Positions 1-7,230 of a stretch of DNA of 35,886 bases are shown one piece after another; position 1 is the first letter of the stretch; each line of letters starts with the position of its first letter. The notes beneath the pieces were generated by a model that was not told where the DNA came from, searched no databases, and saw only the letters and a program-made list of their open reading frames with translations. Made by a program: the position numbers and the translations under genes. Source of the stretch: Spirochaetales bacterium (lineage in GTDB: Bacteria; Spirochaetota; Spirochaetia; DTKZ01); contig JBDNDI010000001.1 in assembly GCA_046719195.1 (NCBI GenBank), positions 1 to 35,886 of the forward strand, given 5' to 3'.

Positions 1-1
1 A

Positions 2-1240
2 TTGGGAGTACAAGCCTCCAAAGTTCTAGGCAAACCTATTACCAGCATCTTCCCCCATTTACCCCTACAAAAAATTCTTTCCTCCTCCGGAGAAACTGCT
101 GTTGAGGTAATGAAAATTAACGGGAAATCCTTTGCCGTAGAGCGATACCCAATTCTTATTGAGGGTGAGCCCGTAGGAATGGTCGCTTCCTTTCAATCTG
201 TTGGCAAAGTGCAGGAATATGAACTGCAAATTCGAAATAAGGTCTTTCAAAAAGGGTTAGTTGCCCGAGCTACCTTAGACTCTATGGTTGCCCGATCCCG
301 ACAGATGACAGAGGTAAAGGAAAAGGCAGTGCGCTTTGCAACTCTAGGGTCTACTATTTTACTTTCCGGCCCAACCGGAGTGGGAAAGGAGATGCTAGCC
401 CAGGGTATCCACAATCTCTCTACCCATAAATATGGTCCTTTTGTAGCAATCAACTGTGCCGCCTTACCGGAAAACTTACTAGAAAGTGAATTGTTCGGTT
501 ACGAGGAGGGAGCCTTTACAGGGGCTTTAAAGGGCGGTAAACCTGGTTTGTTTGAATTAGCCCACAACGGTACTTTATTTTTAGATGAAATTTCCGAAAT
601 GTCTCTTTCCCTTCAGGCTCGGATATTACGAGTAATGCAGGAACGGGAAGTACTAAGGTTAGGTGGCTCCTCCATGATCCGGGTGAATGTACATATCATT
701 GCTGCAACAAACAAAGACCTAAGAAAGTTGGTGCAAGAGGGCCGGTTTCGGGAAGATCTCTACTATCGGATAACGGTACTAACCCTTTACATACCTCCTT
801 TAAAGGATCGTCCAGAGGACATTGCTCCCCTTGCCTTTCATTTCCTAAACCGATTATCCCTCCAGTATCCCGGACCCCGCTCTTTTACACCCGATGCAAT
901 GGACCTTTTACTACAGTACGGTTGGCCGGGAAATGTACGGGAGCTTGCCGCTGTTATTGAGCGGGCATTTTTTTCCTCCTCTACCCTTGAAATTGACCGA
1001 AAAGCTCTACAAGAAGCCTTACTTCCTTCTTTTCCTCCTCCGCCCATCCCCCACGCTTCCCTGACCCAAGAGGATAATCTGAATACACCTTTAAAATCTG
1101 TAGACCTGAAATATTTAGAATGGGAAGCCATTAAAACTGCTTTAAAGCAGGAGGGGTATCGAGTAGGCCGTACAGCGAAACGGCTTGGAATTGATCGGAC
1201 TACCCTTTGGCGTAAGCTAAAGCATCTGCCCCAAAAATAG
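2..1240 (+). CDS. sigma-54-dependent transcriptional activator (bacterial enhancer-binding protein), 5' end cut by window edge
   Basis: The ORF is open from the window edge. A PAS-like C-terminal segment is followed by an AAA+ core with Walker A GPTGVGKE, ESELFGY, the sigma-54 contact loop GAFTGA (YEEGAFTGA) and Walker B LFLDEI. The C-terminus has a Fis-type HTH (RTAKRLGIDRTTLWRKLK). Confidence 0.9.
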   Translation: MGVQASKVLGKPITSIFPHLPLQKILSSSGETAVEVMKINGKSFAVERYPILIEGEPVGMVASFQSVGKVQEYELQIRNKVFQKGLVARATLDSMVARSRQMTEVKEKAVRFATLGSTILLSGPTGVGKEMLAQGIHNLSTHKYGPFVAINCAALPENLLESELFGYEEGAFTGALKGGKPGLFELAHNGTLFLDEISEMSLSLQARILRVMQEREVLRLGGSSMIRVNVHIIAATNKDLRKLVQEGRFREDLYYRITVLTLYIPPLKDRPEDIAPLAFHFLNRLSLQYPGPRSFTPDAMDLLLQYGWPGNVRELAAVIERAFFSSSTLEIDRKALQEALLPSFPPPPIPHASLTQEDNLNTPLKSVDLKYLEWEAIKTALKQEGYRVGRTAKRLGIDRTTLWRKLKHLPQK

Positions 1241-1265
1241 ATAGTCTATCCTTCAGCCAAAACAG

Positions 1266-1287
1266 TTGCATCTGTTGCATATTGCAT
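1266..1287. promoter_or_regulatory. three direct TTGCAT hexamers (candidate upstream activator site / -35-like elements)
   Basis: TTGCAT occurs at 1266-1271, 1275-1280 and 1282-1287 (gTTGCATctgTTGCATaTTGCATc). This is 26 nt after the EBP stop and about 185 bp upstream of the -24/-12 element. A TATAAT lies at 1300-1305. Confidence 0.3.
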
Positions 1288-1457
1288 CAATTTATGTTGT
1301 ATAATGAAACATTCGATGAGCATTTCCCTTTGCTAAAAAATTTCTCTTCTTCTTTATGTTTAAGTTCTATCTGGAAAATTAATATATCTCTATATATGTT
1401 AAAAAGTAATTTGCCCAAAACAATTAGGGAATCCCTATTGTACTCAATACACGATTT

Positions 1458-1473
1458 AGGCACACTTATTGCA
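1458..1473 (+). promoter_or_regulatory. candidate sigma-54 (-24/-12) promoter
   Basis: aGGCACacttaTTGCA has GG at 1459-1460 and GC at 1471-1472. This is the canonical 12-nt register of TGGCAC-N5-TTGC. It lies between an EBP gene and the downstream operon. Confidence 0.5.
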
Positions 1474-1484
1474 TTTAATTTTTA

Positions 1485-2768
1485 GTGAGCATCTTTGTTA
1501 TTACGGATGATTTAACCGGAGCCAACGATACAGCAGTCCAATTTGCTAAGCAGGGCCTCCGTACCTTGGTGTATTTGGAAACCCCAAAGGATTCGCTTTC
1601 TGTGGAACCTGCCCCTGTACAGGTATTCAATACCGACAGCAGGGCTTTACCCGCTGAAGAAGCTAAGCAACGAATTCGGAATATGCTCCGTATGCTTCCC
1701 CTCTCTTCCACAGATCTACTTTATAAAAAAATAGATTCCACCTTACGCGGGAATATTGGTGTTGAAGTTACCGAAGCTTTAAAGTACTCGAATCGGGAAC
1801 TTGCCTTTGTAGCACCTGCCTATCCAAAGTACCGGCGCACAACCCAGGAGGGGGTGCATTATGTAAACGGTACCCCTGTAGCAGACACAGAAGCGGCAAG
1901 GGATCCCCGGTGTCCTGTCTTAAGCTCTCACATTTCTGATCTATTCCGCTTTCCCGGCTCTCTCCCCGTTCAGGGAATACCCCTCCGAGTTCTTCGATTA
2001 GGTAGCCCTGCTCTTAAAAATCAAATAGAAACTCTTAAGAAAGAGGGTAAGCGAATTTTTATTTTTGATGCTGAAACCGAAGACGATCTTTCTATCCTTG
2101 CAAACACGGGCTTGATAAAGGAATTTTCTATTCTTTGGGTAGGAAGTGCTGGTTTGGCAGAAGCCCTATCTACCGTGTATTTGGCAAAGGAAACCTTTAC
2201 TCCGTTTCGTCCTTCCTCCCTAACATCTCCTACATCGAATCCAAAACCCGTATTAGTGCTTTTAGGAAGCATGAGCGAGGTCGCTACTAAACAGGCGGAG
2301 GCATTTCTCTCCGTTAGCCAGGCACAATCTTTTATACTCCTACCAGAACAGCTTGCTTCTAACCCTAAAATTACGGTATACGAGCTAGTGAAGAACCTTG
2401 AAAAAAGCCTATCCAGGGGACTCCATACCCTGCTTATGTCAGATCGCCGTAAATGGAAACCTTCCTCTCCAAATGAGCTGGATCCCATTTCTCTTATTTT
2501 AGATGCTTTTAGACAGGTAGGGGAAACACTAAACTTCTCCCTTTGCTCCGGTCTTATTGTAACCGGAGGGGATATCGCAACGGCGGTATGTAGAGGCATG
2601 GGAGTTCGCAGTATTGAGGTTCATAGGGAAACCTCCCCGGGCATTCCCCTTGGTCTAATACAGGGAGGCAAGTGGGAAGGTCTACCCCTGGTAACTAAAG
2701 CAGGAGCCTTTGGAGCTCCGGACGCGATTATTCAGGCAGCTAGAACCTTATGTATAACACCTTTATAG
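1485..2768 (+). CDS. four-carbon acid sugar kinase family protein (DUF1537; OtnK/DtnK/DenK-like)
   Basis: 427 aa. The N-terminal signature is SIFVITDDLTGANDTAVQF and the C-terminal nucleotide-binding domain has VTGGDIATAV. GTG at 1485 is the first possible start because an in-frame TAA lies at 1476-1478. No Shine-Dalgarno is present. Confidence 0.85.
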   Translation: MSIFVITDDLTGANDTAVQFAKQGLRTLVYLETPKDSLSVEPAPVQVFNTDSRALPAEEAKQRIRNMLRMLPLSSTDLLYKKIDSTLRGNIGVEVTEALKYSNRELAFVAPAYPKYRRTTQEGVHYVNGTPVADTEAARDPRCPVLSSHISDLFRFPGSLPVQGIPLRVLRLGSPALKNQIETLKKEGKRIFIFDAETEDDLSILANTGLIKEFSILWVGSAGLAEALSTVYLAKETFTPFRPSSLTSPTSNPKPVLVLLGSMSEVATKQAEAFLSVSQAQSFILLPEQLASNPKITVYELVKNLEKSLSRGLHTLLMSDRRKWKPSSPNELDPISLILDAFRQVGETLNFSLCSGLIVTGGDIATAVCRGMGVRSIEVHRETSPGIPLGLIQGGKWEGLPLVTKAGAFGAPDAIIQAARTLCITPL

Positions 2769-2779
2769 GAGACACGAAC

Positions 2780-4078
2780 ATGGAAAAGGTAATGGTAACT
2801 TTACCCTGCGGTTGCGCAGAAATTGATGTAACTCTTCCTAAAAAAAACTTGCTTGGGGTATATTCTCCTAGAGAAATTACTCATACCGAAGAAGTAGAGC
2901 TAATTTTAAAGCGTTGTTTACAGAACCCCATAGGCACCCGGCCCCTACGGGATTTGGTAAAAGGGAAAGAAAAGGTGGTGATAGTAGCGGATGATAACAC
3001 CCGTCTTACCCCTACCCACCAGATTATTCCTATTTTACTGAACGAAATGAATGCTGCAGGAGTCCCCGACAGTAAGATTTCCCTAGTAATTGCTTTAGGT
3101 ACTCACCGGTTTATGACAGATGAAGAGATTTTACAAAAGTTCGGTAAAGAGGTTGTAAACCGAATTCCCATTTACAATCATCCTTTTAAAGACCCCAAAG
3201 AACTAGTAGATTTAGGGACTACAGCTAATGGAACCCATATCCAGGTAAACAAACGGGTGTATGAAGCAGATTTTAAAATCGGAGTGGGAAGTATTGTACC
3301 CCATCATATTCCCGGCTTTGCGGGCGGATCAAAGATCGTACAACCAGGTGTATGTGGAGAACAAACTACCGCAGACACCCATCTGCTTTCTGTACGGGCC
3401 AAGCGTTCCTATCTAGGTATTTTAGAGAATCCGGTAAGAGTGGAATTAGATATTATTGCCCGAAAAGTAGGCCTACACACCATCTTCAACACGGTTTTAG
3501 ATAAAACCGGTCGAGTGGTAGATGCCTTTTTCGGGGATGTAGTAGAGGCTTTCCGGGTAGGGGTAAAGAGGTGTGTGGAGGTTTATTCTGTTCCTATTCC
3601 ACAGGAAGCTGATATTGTATTAGCAGGATCCCACCCCTGTGATATTGAGTTCTGGCAAGCGCATAAAACCCTTTACCCTGCGGATTTAGCCGTAAAGGAG
3701 GGGGGCATTATTATCGTAGTAACCCCCTGTTATGAGGGTGTGGCCATGACCCACCAGGATATACTAGAAGTTACTCTTTTGCGAAGTGATGAAATACGTA
3801 CTCTTGTAAGCAAAGGTAAAGTAAAGGATGAAGTTGCTGCTGCCCTTGCCATTGCCTGGGCTCAGGTAAAAGAACGGGAAAAAGTCTACCTTGTTTCGGA
3901 AGGAATAGATCGGGAAAAAGCTTCCCAACTTGGGTTTACCTGGTTCGCAACGGCTCAGGAAGCTCTGGATGCTGCCTTGGCAGAGAAAGGGCGAGATGCC
4001 CTAGTAACGGTACTCACCCATGCTCCGGATATGCTTCCTATCCTACCAACGGATCAAACACGGTACGTTGTACCGTAA
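2780..4078 (+). CDS. LarA-family (DUF2088) nickel-dependent 2-hydroxyacid racemase/epimerase homologue
   Basis: Motifs VVIVADDNTRLTP, ALGTHR and PHHIPGFAGGSK...DTH are present. The His-66-His-10-Lys-16-His spacing matches what I recall for L. plantarum LarA H108/H174/K184/H200. I prefer ATG 2780 (AGGAG at 2767-2771, 8-nt spacer) over the track start 2750, which would overlap the kinase. Confidence 0.85.
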   Translation: MEKVMVTLPCGCAEIDVTLPKKNLLGVYSPREITHTEEVELILKRCLQNPIGTRPLRDLVKGKEKVVIVADDNTRLTPTHQIIPILLNEMNAAGVPDSKISLVIALGTHRFMTDEEILQKFGKEVVNRIPIYNHPFKDPKELVDLGTTANGTHIQVNKRVYEADFKIGVGSIVPHHIPGFAGGSKIVQPGVCGEQTTADTHLLSVRAKRSYLGILENPVRVELDIIARKVGLHTIFNTVLDKTGRVVDAFFGDVVEAFRVGVKRCVEVYSVPIPQEADIVLAGSHPCDIEFWQAHKTLYPADLAVKEGGIIIVVTPCYEGVAMTHQDILEVTLLRSDEIRTLVSKGKVKDEVAAALAIAWAQVKEREKVYLVSEGIDREKASQLGFTWFATAQEALDAALAEKGRDALVTVLTHAPDMLPILPTDQTRYVVP

Positions 4079-4105
4079 AAATATATTTAAAGAAGGAGAA
4101 AGAAG

Positions 4106-5098
4106 ATGAAGAGGATCTTTACACTTCTTATGGGACTTCTTATTGTAGGGAGTCTTTTGTTTGGGGGAGGAACCAAAGAACAGAAGGCTGCAGAGGTAAA
4201 AAAGTTTACCCTTCGGGTGGGGCATACTTTAACAGACGATTCCCACTATGGGGTAGGATTGGCCAAGCTTGCCGAATTAGCTAAACAAAAAAGCAACGGC
4301 ACTATTGAAATTCAGGCTTTTGGAAACTCTAAACTCGGCAATGAGCGGGATTTAATCGAAGGGGTATCTTTAGGTACCGTAGAAATGTGTCTTACCTCTA
4401 CAGGTCCCTTACCGAACTTTTCTAAAGCTTTCATGGTATTTGACCTGCCCTTTATTGTTCAAGATCGGACCAAATTCTATCCTATTCTGGATGGTGAGAC
4501 AGGACAAAAAATGTTAGAAGCTCTGGGCAGCAAGGGAATTAAAGGAATCGTGTTTTACGAAAACGGCTTCCGCCATATTACCAATTCAAGAAGGCCCATT
4601 AATGTGCCAGACGACCTAAAAGGGCTAAAGATCCGGCTTATGGAAAACCCGGTACATCTAGAAACCTTCCGCGTATTGGGCGCTAATCCTTCTCCCATGG
4701 CTTTTGGTGAGCTTTTTACTGCTCTGCAGCAGAAAGTAATGGATGGTCAGGAAAATCCTCTGCTTATTATTAAAACCAGCAAATTCTATGAAGTTCAGAA
4801 ACATTTAGCTTTAACCGGCCACTTTTATTCTCCCGCTGTTCTTATGATTAACGAAAAACTTTTCAAGAGCATGACAGCCGATCAACAGAAGGCCTTACAG
4901 AGTGCTGCAGCCGAAGCTAGGGATTTTGAGCGCAACTTTATTATCGAAAACGAGAAAAAGCTCGTGGATGAGCTTAAATCTCTTGGGATGGAAGTTACTA
5001 CCCCCGACAAAGCTGTATTCCAGAAAGCAGCTTTACCTGTATACACAAAGTTTGAAGCTGATATCGGTAAAGAATTAATTCAAAAAGTACGGGGTTAA
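4106..5098 (+). CDS. dctP: TRAP transporter substrate-binding protein (DctP family), probable lipoprotein/secreted
   Basis: 330 aa. It has an N-terminal signal sequence and a typical DctP-family sequence (RVGHTLTDDSHYG..., NGFRHITN). The RBS AAGGAG lies upstream. Confidence 0.9.
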   Translation: MKRIFTLLMGLLIVGSLLFGGGTKEQKAAEVKKFTLRVGHTLTDDSHYGVGLAKLAELAKQKSNGTIEIQAFGNSKLGNERDLIEGVSLGTVEMCLTSTGPLPNFSKAFMVFDLPFIVQDRTKFYPILDGETGQKMLEALGSKGIKGIVFYENGFRHITNSRRPINVPDDLKGLKIRLMENPVHLETFRVLGANPSPMAFGELFTALQQKVMDGQENPLLIIKTSKFYEVQKHLALTGHFYSPAVLMINEKLFKSMTADQQKALQSAAAEARDFERNFIIENEKKLVDELKSLGMEVTTPDKAVFQKAALPVYTKFEADIGKELIQKVRG

Positions 5099-5123
5099 TG
5101 GTACAATAAAATATATACACTAG

Positions 5124-5154
5124 GGCGGCAGTACACCTGCCGCCGATTCTTTTC
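5124..5154 (+). terminator. intra-operon terminator/attenuator-like hairpin after dctP
   Basis: GGCGGCAG (5124-5131) pairs with CTGCCGCC (5137-5144) around a 5-nt loop. The stem is followed by gaTTCTTTTc. Confidence 0.5.
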
Positions 5155-5181
5155 ATACTGATGAGTAAGGAGGGACCTAGG

Positions 5182-5664
5182 GTGAAAGGTTTATTTCAAC
5201 GTTTTAAGGCTCCGGAAGAAATTGCCCTGGTGGTACTCTTTCCGGTAATGGTAGTTACTATTTTTGTAGCCACAATGATTCGTTATCTTACCACCCTTTC
5301 TTTGGTATGGGCTGAAGAACTAGCTAGATACTGTATGGTGTGGATCGGGTTATTAGGCGCTAGTCTAGGAATACAAAGAAATGCTCATATTGGGGTAGAA
5401 GCTTTTGTTTCCAAACTACCCGATAGGTTTAAACCCTATTTACAGGTATTTCGCTTAGGGGTAGTAATTCTCTTTAATTTTCTTATTTTTATTTTCTCCT
5501 TACAAATTATCTGGTCTCAGATTCAAACCGAACAAATATCCCCTGCTCTACGCATACCTATTAGTTTTGCGTATGCAGCTATCCCGGTAGGTATGTTACT
5601 GATGATTCTACGAAGCATTCAGGGGTATATGCAGAATCGTACCGTTCCCTCATCTAAAAATTAG
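5182..5664 (+). CDS. dctQ: TRAP transporter small permease (DctQ family)
   Basis: The protein is hydrophobic with 4 TM segments, sitting between dctP and dctM. The track ORF starts at ATG 5161 with no SD. GTG 5182 is preceded by AAGGAGG (5167-5173) with an 8-nt spacer, so I prefer it; 5161 remains possible. Confidence 0.8.
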   Translation: MKGLFQRFKAPEEIALVVLFPVMVVTIFVATMIRYLTTLSLVWAEELARYCMVWIGLLGASLGIQRNAHIGVEAFVSKLPDRFKPYLQVFRLGVVILFNFLIFIFSLQIIWSQIQTEQISPALRIPISFAYAAIPVGMLLMILRSIQGYMQNRTVPSSKN

Positions 5665-5674
5665 GAGAAGGCTC

Positions 5675-6958
5675 ATGGAATACATTCTTTTTGGCTCCTT
5701 TGCCATTCTACTAGTGTTAAATATTCCCATAGCTATTTCTTTGGGCATGGCTGGAATTATAGCTCTAGTATTCGGAGATATGCCCACTCCTCCTTTATTA
5801 ATTGCTCAAAGGATGTTTACCTCTCTAGACTCCTTCCCCTTTATGGCCATTCCCTTCTTTATGCTGGCAGGGGGAATTATGGAGCAAGGGGGAATGTCCC
5901 GCCGGCTAGTAAACTTTGCCCAGGCAATCGTGGGTTCTCTAAAGGGAGGATTGGGGATAATAACTGTAGTGTCCTGCGCCTTTTTTGCTGCCCTTTCTGG
6001 TTCTAACCCTGCTACGGTTGCGGCTATTGGTTCCATTATGATCCCCGCCATGATTCAGGCCGGGTATCCATTAAGCTTTGCAGCGGCCCTAGCTGCAGCT
6101 GGTGGAACTTTGGGAGTAGTTATTCCCCCTAGTATACCCATGGTTACTTACGGAGTAGTTACCAACACTTCTATCGGAGACATGTTTATAGGGGGAATTA
6201 TTCCCGGCTTATTGCTTGCTTCCTCCTTAGTAGGTATTGTGGTTTGGAAAGCCCATACCTTAAATCTACCAAGAGGGGAAAAAAGCAGTTTATCGAAACT
6301 CTGGAATGCAGGAAAAGATGCCCTTCTAGCTTTGTTCATGCCGGTTATTATATTAGGTGGAATTTATGGAGGGATCTTTACCCCAACCGAGGCTGCAGCC
6401 GTAGCGGTTGTGTATGCTTTTATTGTGGGAGTATTTATCTTCCGTGAAATTAACTCCGAAAGAATTATTCAGATTATTTTAAAGGCAGCAGTAAATACCG
6501 CAGTTGTCTTTTTTGTTATTGCTACCTCGTCCTCTTTTTCCTGGTTACTCACCTCTCTTCAGGTTCCAGCAAAAGTTGCCGCTGCTATGTTAGAGGTTTC
6601 GAAGAATCCTTTTGTAATTATTCTTTTCTTAAATGTGGTGCTCCTATTTCTTGGGTCTATTCTAGAAACCCAAGCCATTATTCTTCTTGTCACCCCTATT
6701 ATTTTCCCCTTAGCTCAACAGTTAGGGATTCACCCTATCGTGTTAGGTATTATTATGGTGGTAAATACTTCTATCGGCATGATTACTCCTCCCATGGCGG
6801 TTAACCTGTTTGTTGCCTGCAGTCTAACCGGATTAACCATAGAAAAAATTTCCCGCTCCATTATGGTATTCTTAGCAGTAGAAATAGGGGTACTGCTTAT
6901 TGTAAGTAACCTTCCTATCTTTTCTTTAGGGCTCTTGCAAATTTTACGGGGGGGTTAA
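5675..6958 (+). CDS. dctM: TRAP transporter large permease (DctM family)
   Basis: 427 aa polytopic membrane protein with a typical DctM sequence (FMAIPFFMLAG..., VNLFVA). The RBS AGGAGAAGG lies upstream. Confidence 0.9.
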   Translation: MEYILFGSFAILLVLNIPIAISLGMAGIIALVFGDMPTPPLLIAQRMFTSLDSFPFMAIPFFMLAGGIMEQGGMSRRLVNFAQAIVGSLKGGLGIITVVSCAFFAALSGSNPATVAAIGSIMIPAMIQAGYPLSFAAALAAAGGTLGVVIPPSIPMVTYGVVTNTSIGDMFIGGIIPGLLLASSLVGIVVWKAHTLNLPRGEKSSLSKLWNAGKDALLALFMPVIILGGIYGGIFTPTEAAAVAVVYAFIVGVFIFREINSERIIQIILKAAVNTAVVFFVIATSSSFSWLLTSLQVPAKVAAAMLEVSKNPFVIILFLNVVLLFLGSILETQAIILLVTPIIFPLAQQLGIHPIVLGIIMVVNTSIGMITPPMAVNLFVACSLTGLTIEKISRSIMVFLAVEIGVLLIVSNLPIFSLGLLQILRGG

Positions 6959-6971
6959 AAGATTTGTTTTT

Positions 6972-7045
6972 TGGGCCCAGTAGGACTTGAACCTACGACC
7001 CGCGGATTATGAGTCCGCCGCTCTGACCAACTGAGCTATGGGCCC
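6972..7045 (-). tRNA. tRNA with CAT anticodon (elongator Met, or Ile2 if lysidine-modified)
   Basis: The reverse complement GGGCCCATAGCTCAGTTGGTCAGAGCGGCGGACTCATAATCCGCGGGTCGTAGGTTCAAGTCCTACTGGGCCCA folds as a 74-nt cloverleaf. It has a 7-bp acceptor stem, anticodon loop CTCATAA and a GTTCAAGT T-loop. The G1-C72 pair argues against an initiator tRNA. CCA is not encoded. Confidence 0.9.
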
Positions 7046-7157
7046 ACAAAGACATTGGGTGGGAATTGTTATGCCATAAAACAGGGTAACCTGTCAATTC
7101 TATAAGAGTATTTTTCGGTGGCTACTCCATCCGTTTTATATTTCAGCATGATCCTAA

Positions 7158-7203
7158 TAAAAGGGGCTACCCCGGTAGGTATGGGACAGCCCCTTACTTT
7201 TTT
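7158..7203 (-). terminator. intrinsic terminator downstream of the glutamine synthetase gene (bidirectional in appearance)
   Basis: AAGGGGCT (7161-7168) pairs with AGCCCCTT (7188-7195), with an inner CCC/GGG extension. The stem is flanked by A-rich sequence on the left (a U-tract for the minus strand) and TTTTTT on the right (7198-7203). Confidence 0.65.
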
Positions 7204-7230
7204 AGATCTTGCTAATATTATTCCGTATCC

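Noticed and set aside
1297-1309. A 13-nt identity, TTGTATAATGAAA, shared between 1297-1309 and 9388-9400
   Set aside because: At 9388-9400 the motif is on the strand opposite to the gene it precedes, and it falls between the sigma-54 -12 element and the RBS. A short AT-rich match of this kind is plausibly chance, so I did not treat it as a repeat element.
1282-1485. 67-aa ORF in the intergenic region between the EBP gene and the kinase gene
   Set aside because: It lies in a very AT-rich promoter region. The peptide is low-complexity (Leu/Ser/Asn/Ile-rich), has no RBS, and overlaps the candidate promoter elements. It is most likely non-coding.
2021-2599. 192-aa antisense ORF inside the kinase gene. 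Similar shadow ORFs occur at 838-1131, 5806-6051, 7928-8203, 16575-16835, 16984-17271, 17912-18256, 24209-24526, 28020-28445, 28433-28756, 31421-31780, 34670-34954 and 35152-35490.
   Set aside because: All lie fully inside longer ORFs that carry clear family motifs on the opposite strand or in another frame. Their translations are Ser/Arg/Pro-rich, as is typical of shadow frames.
2750-2779. Track-proposed upstream starts: 2750 for the LarA-like gene, 12940 for the ATP-grasp gene and 26547 for the OmpA-repeat gene
   Set aside because: Internal ATGs at 2780, 12994 and 26535 each have a well-spaced Shine-Dalgarno sequence. They also remove overlaps or odd N-terminal extensions. The upstream codons remain possible but less likely.
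7046-7157. Promoter for the tRNA gene (minus-strand TTGACA at 7097-7092 with a poor -10, CATAAC) and a small ACAGG/CCTGT hairpin at 7081-7094
   Set aside because: The -10 match is only 4 of 6, with an 18-nt spacer. It is too weak to report as a feature without a mapped 5' end.
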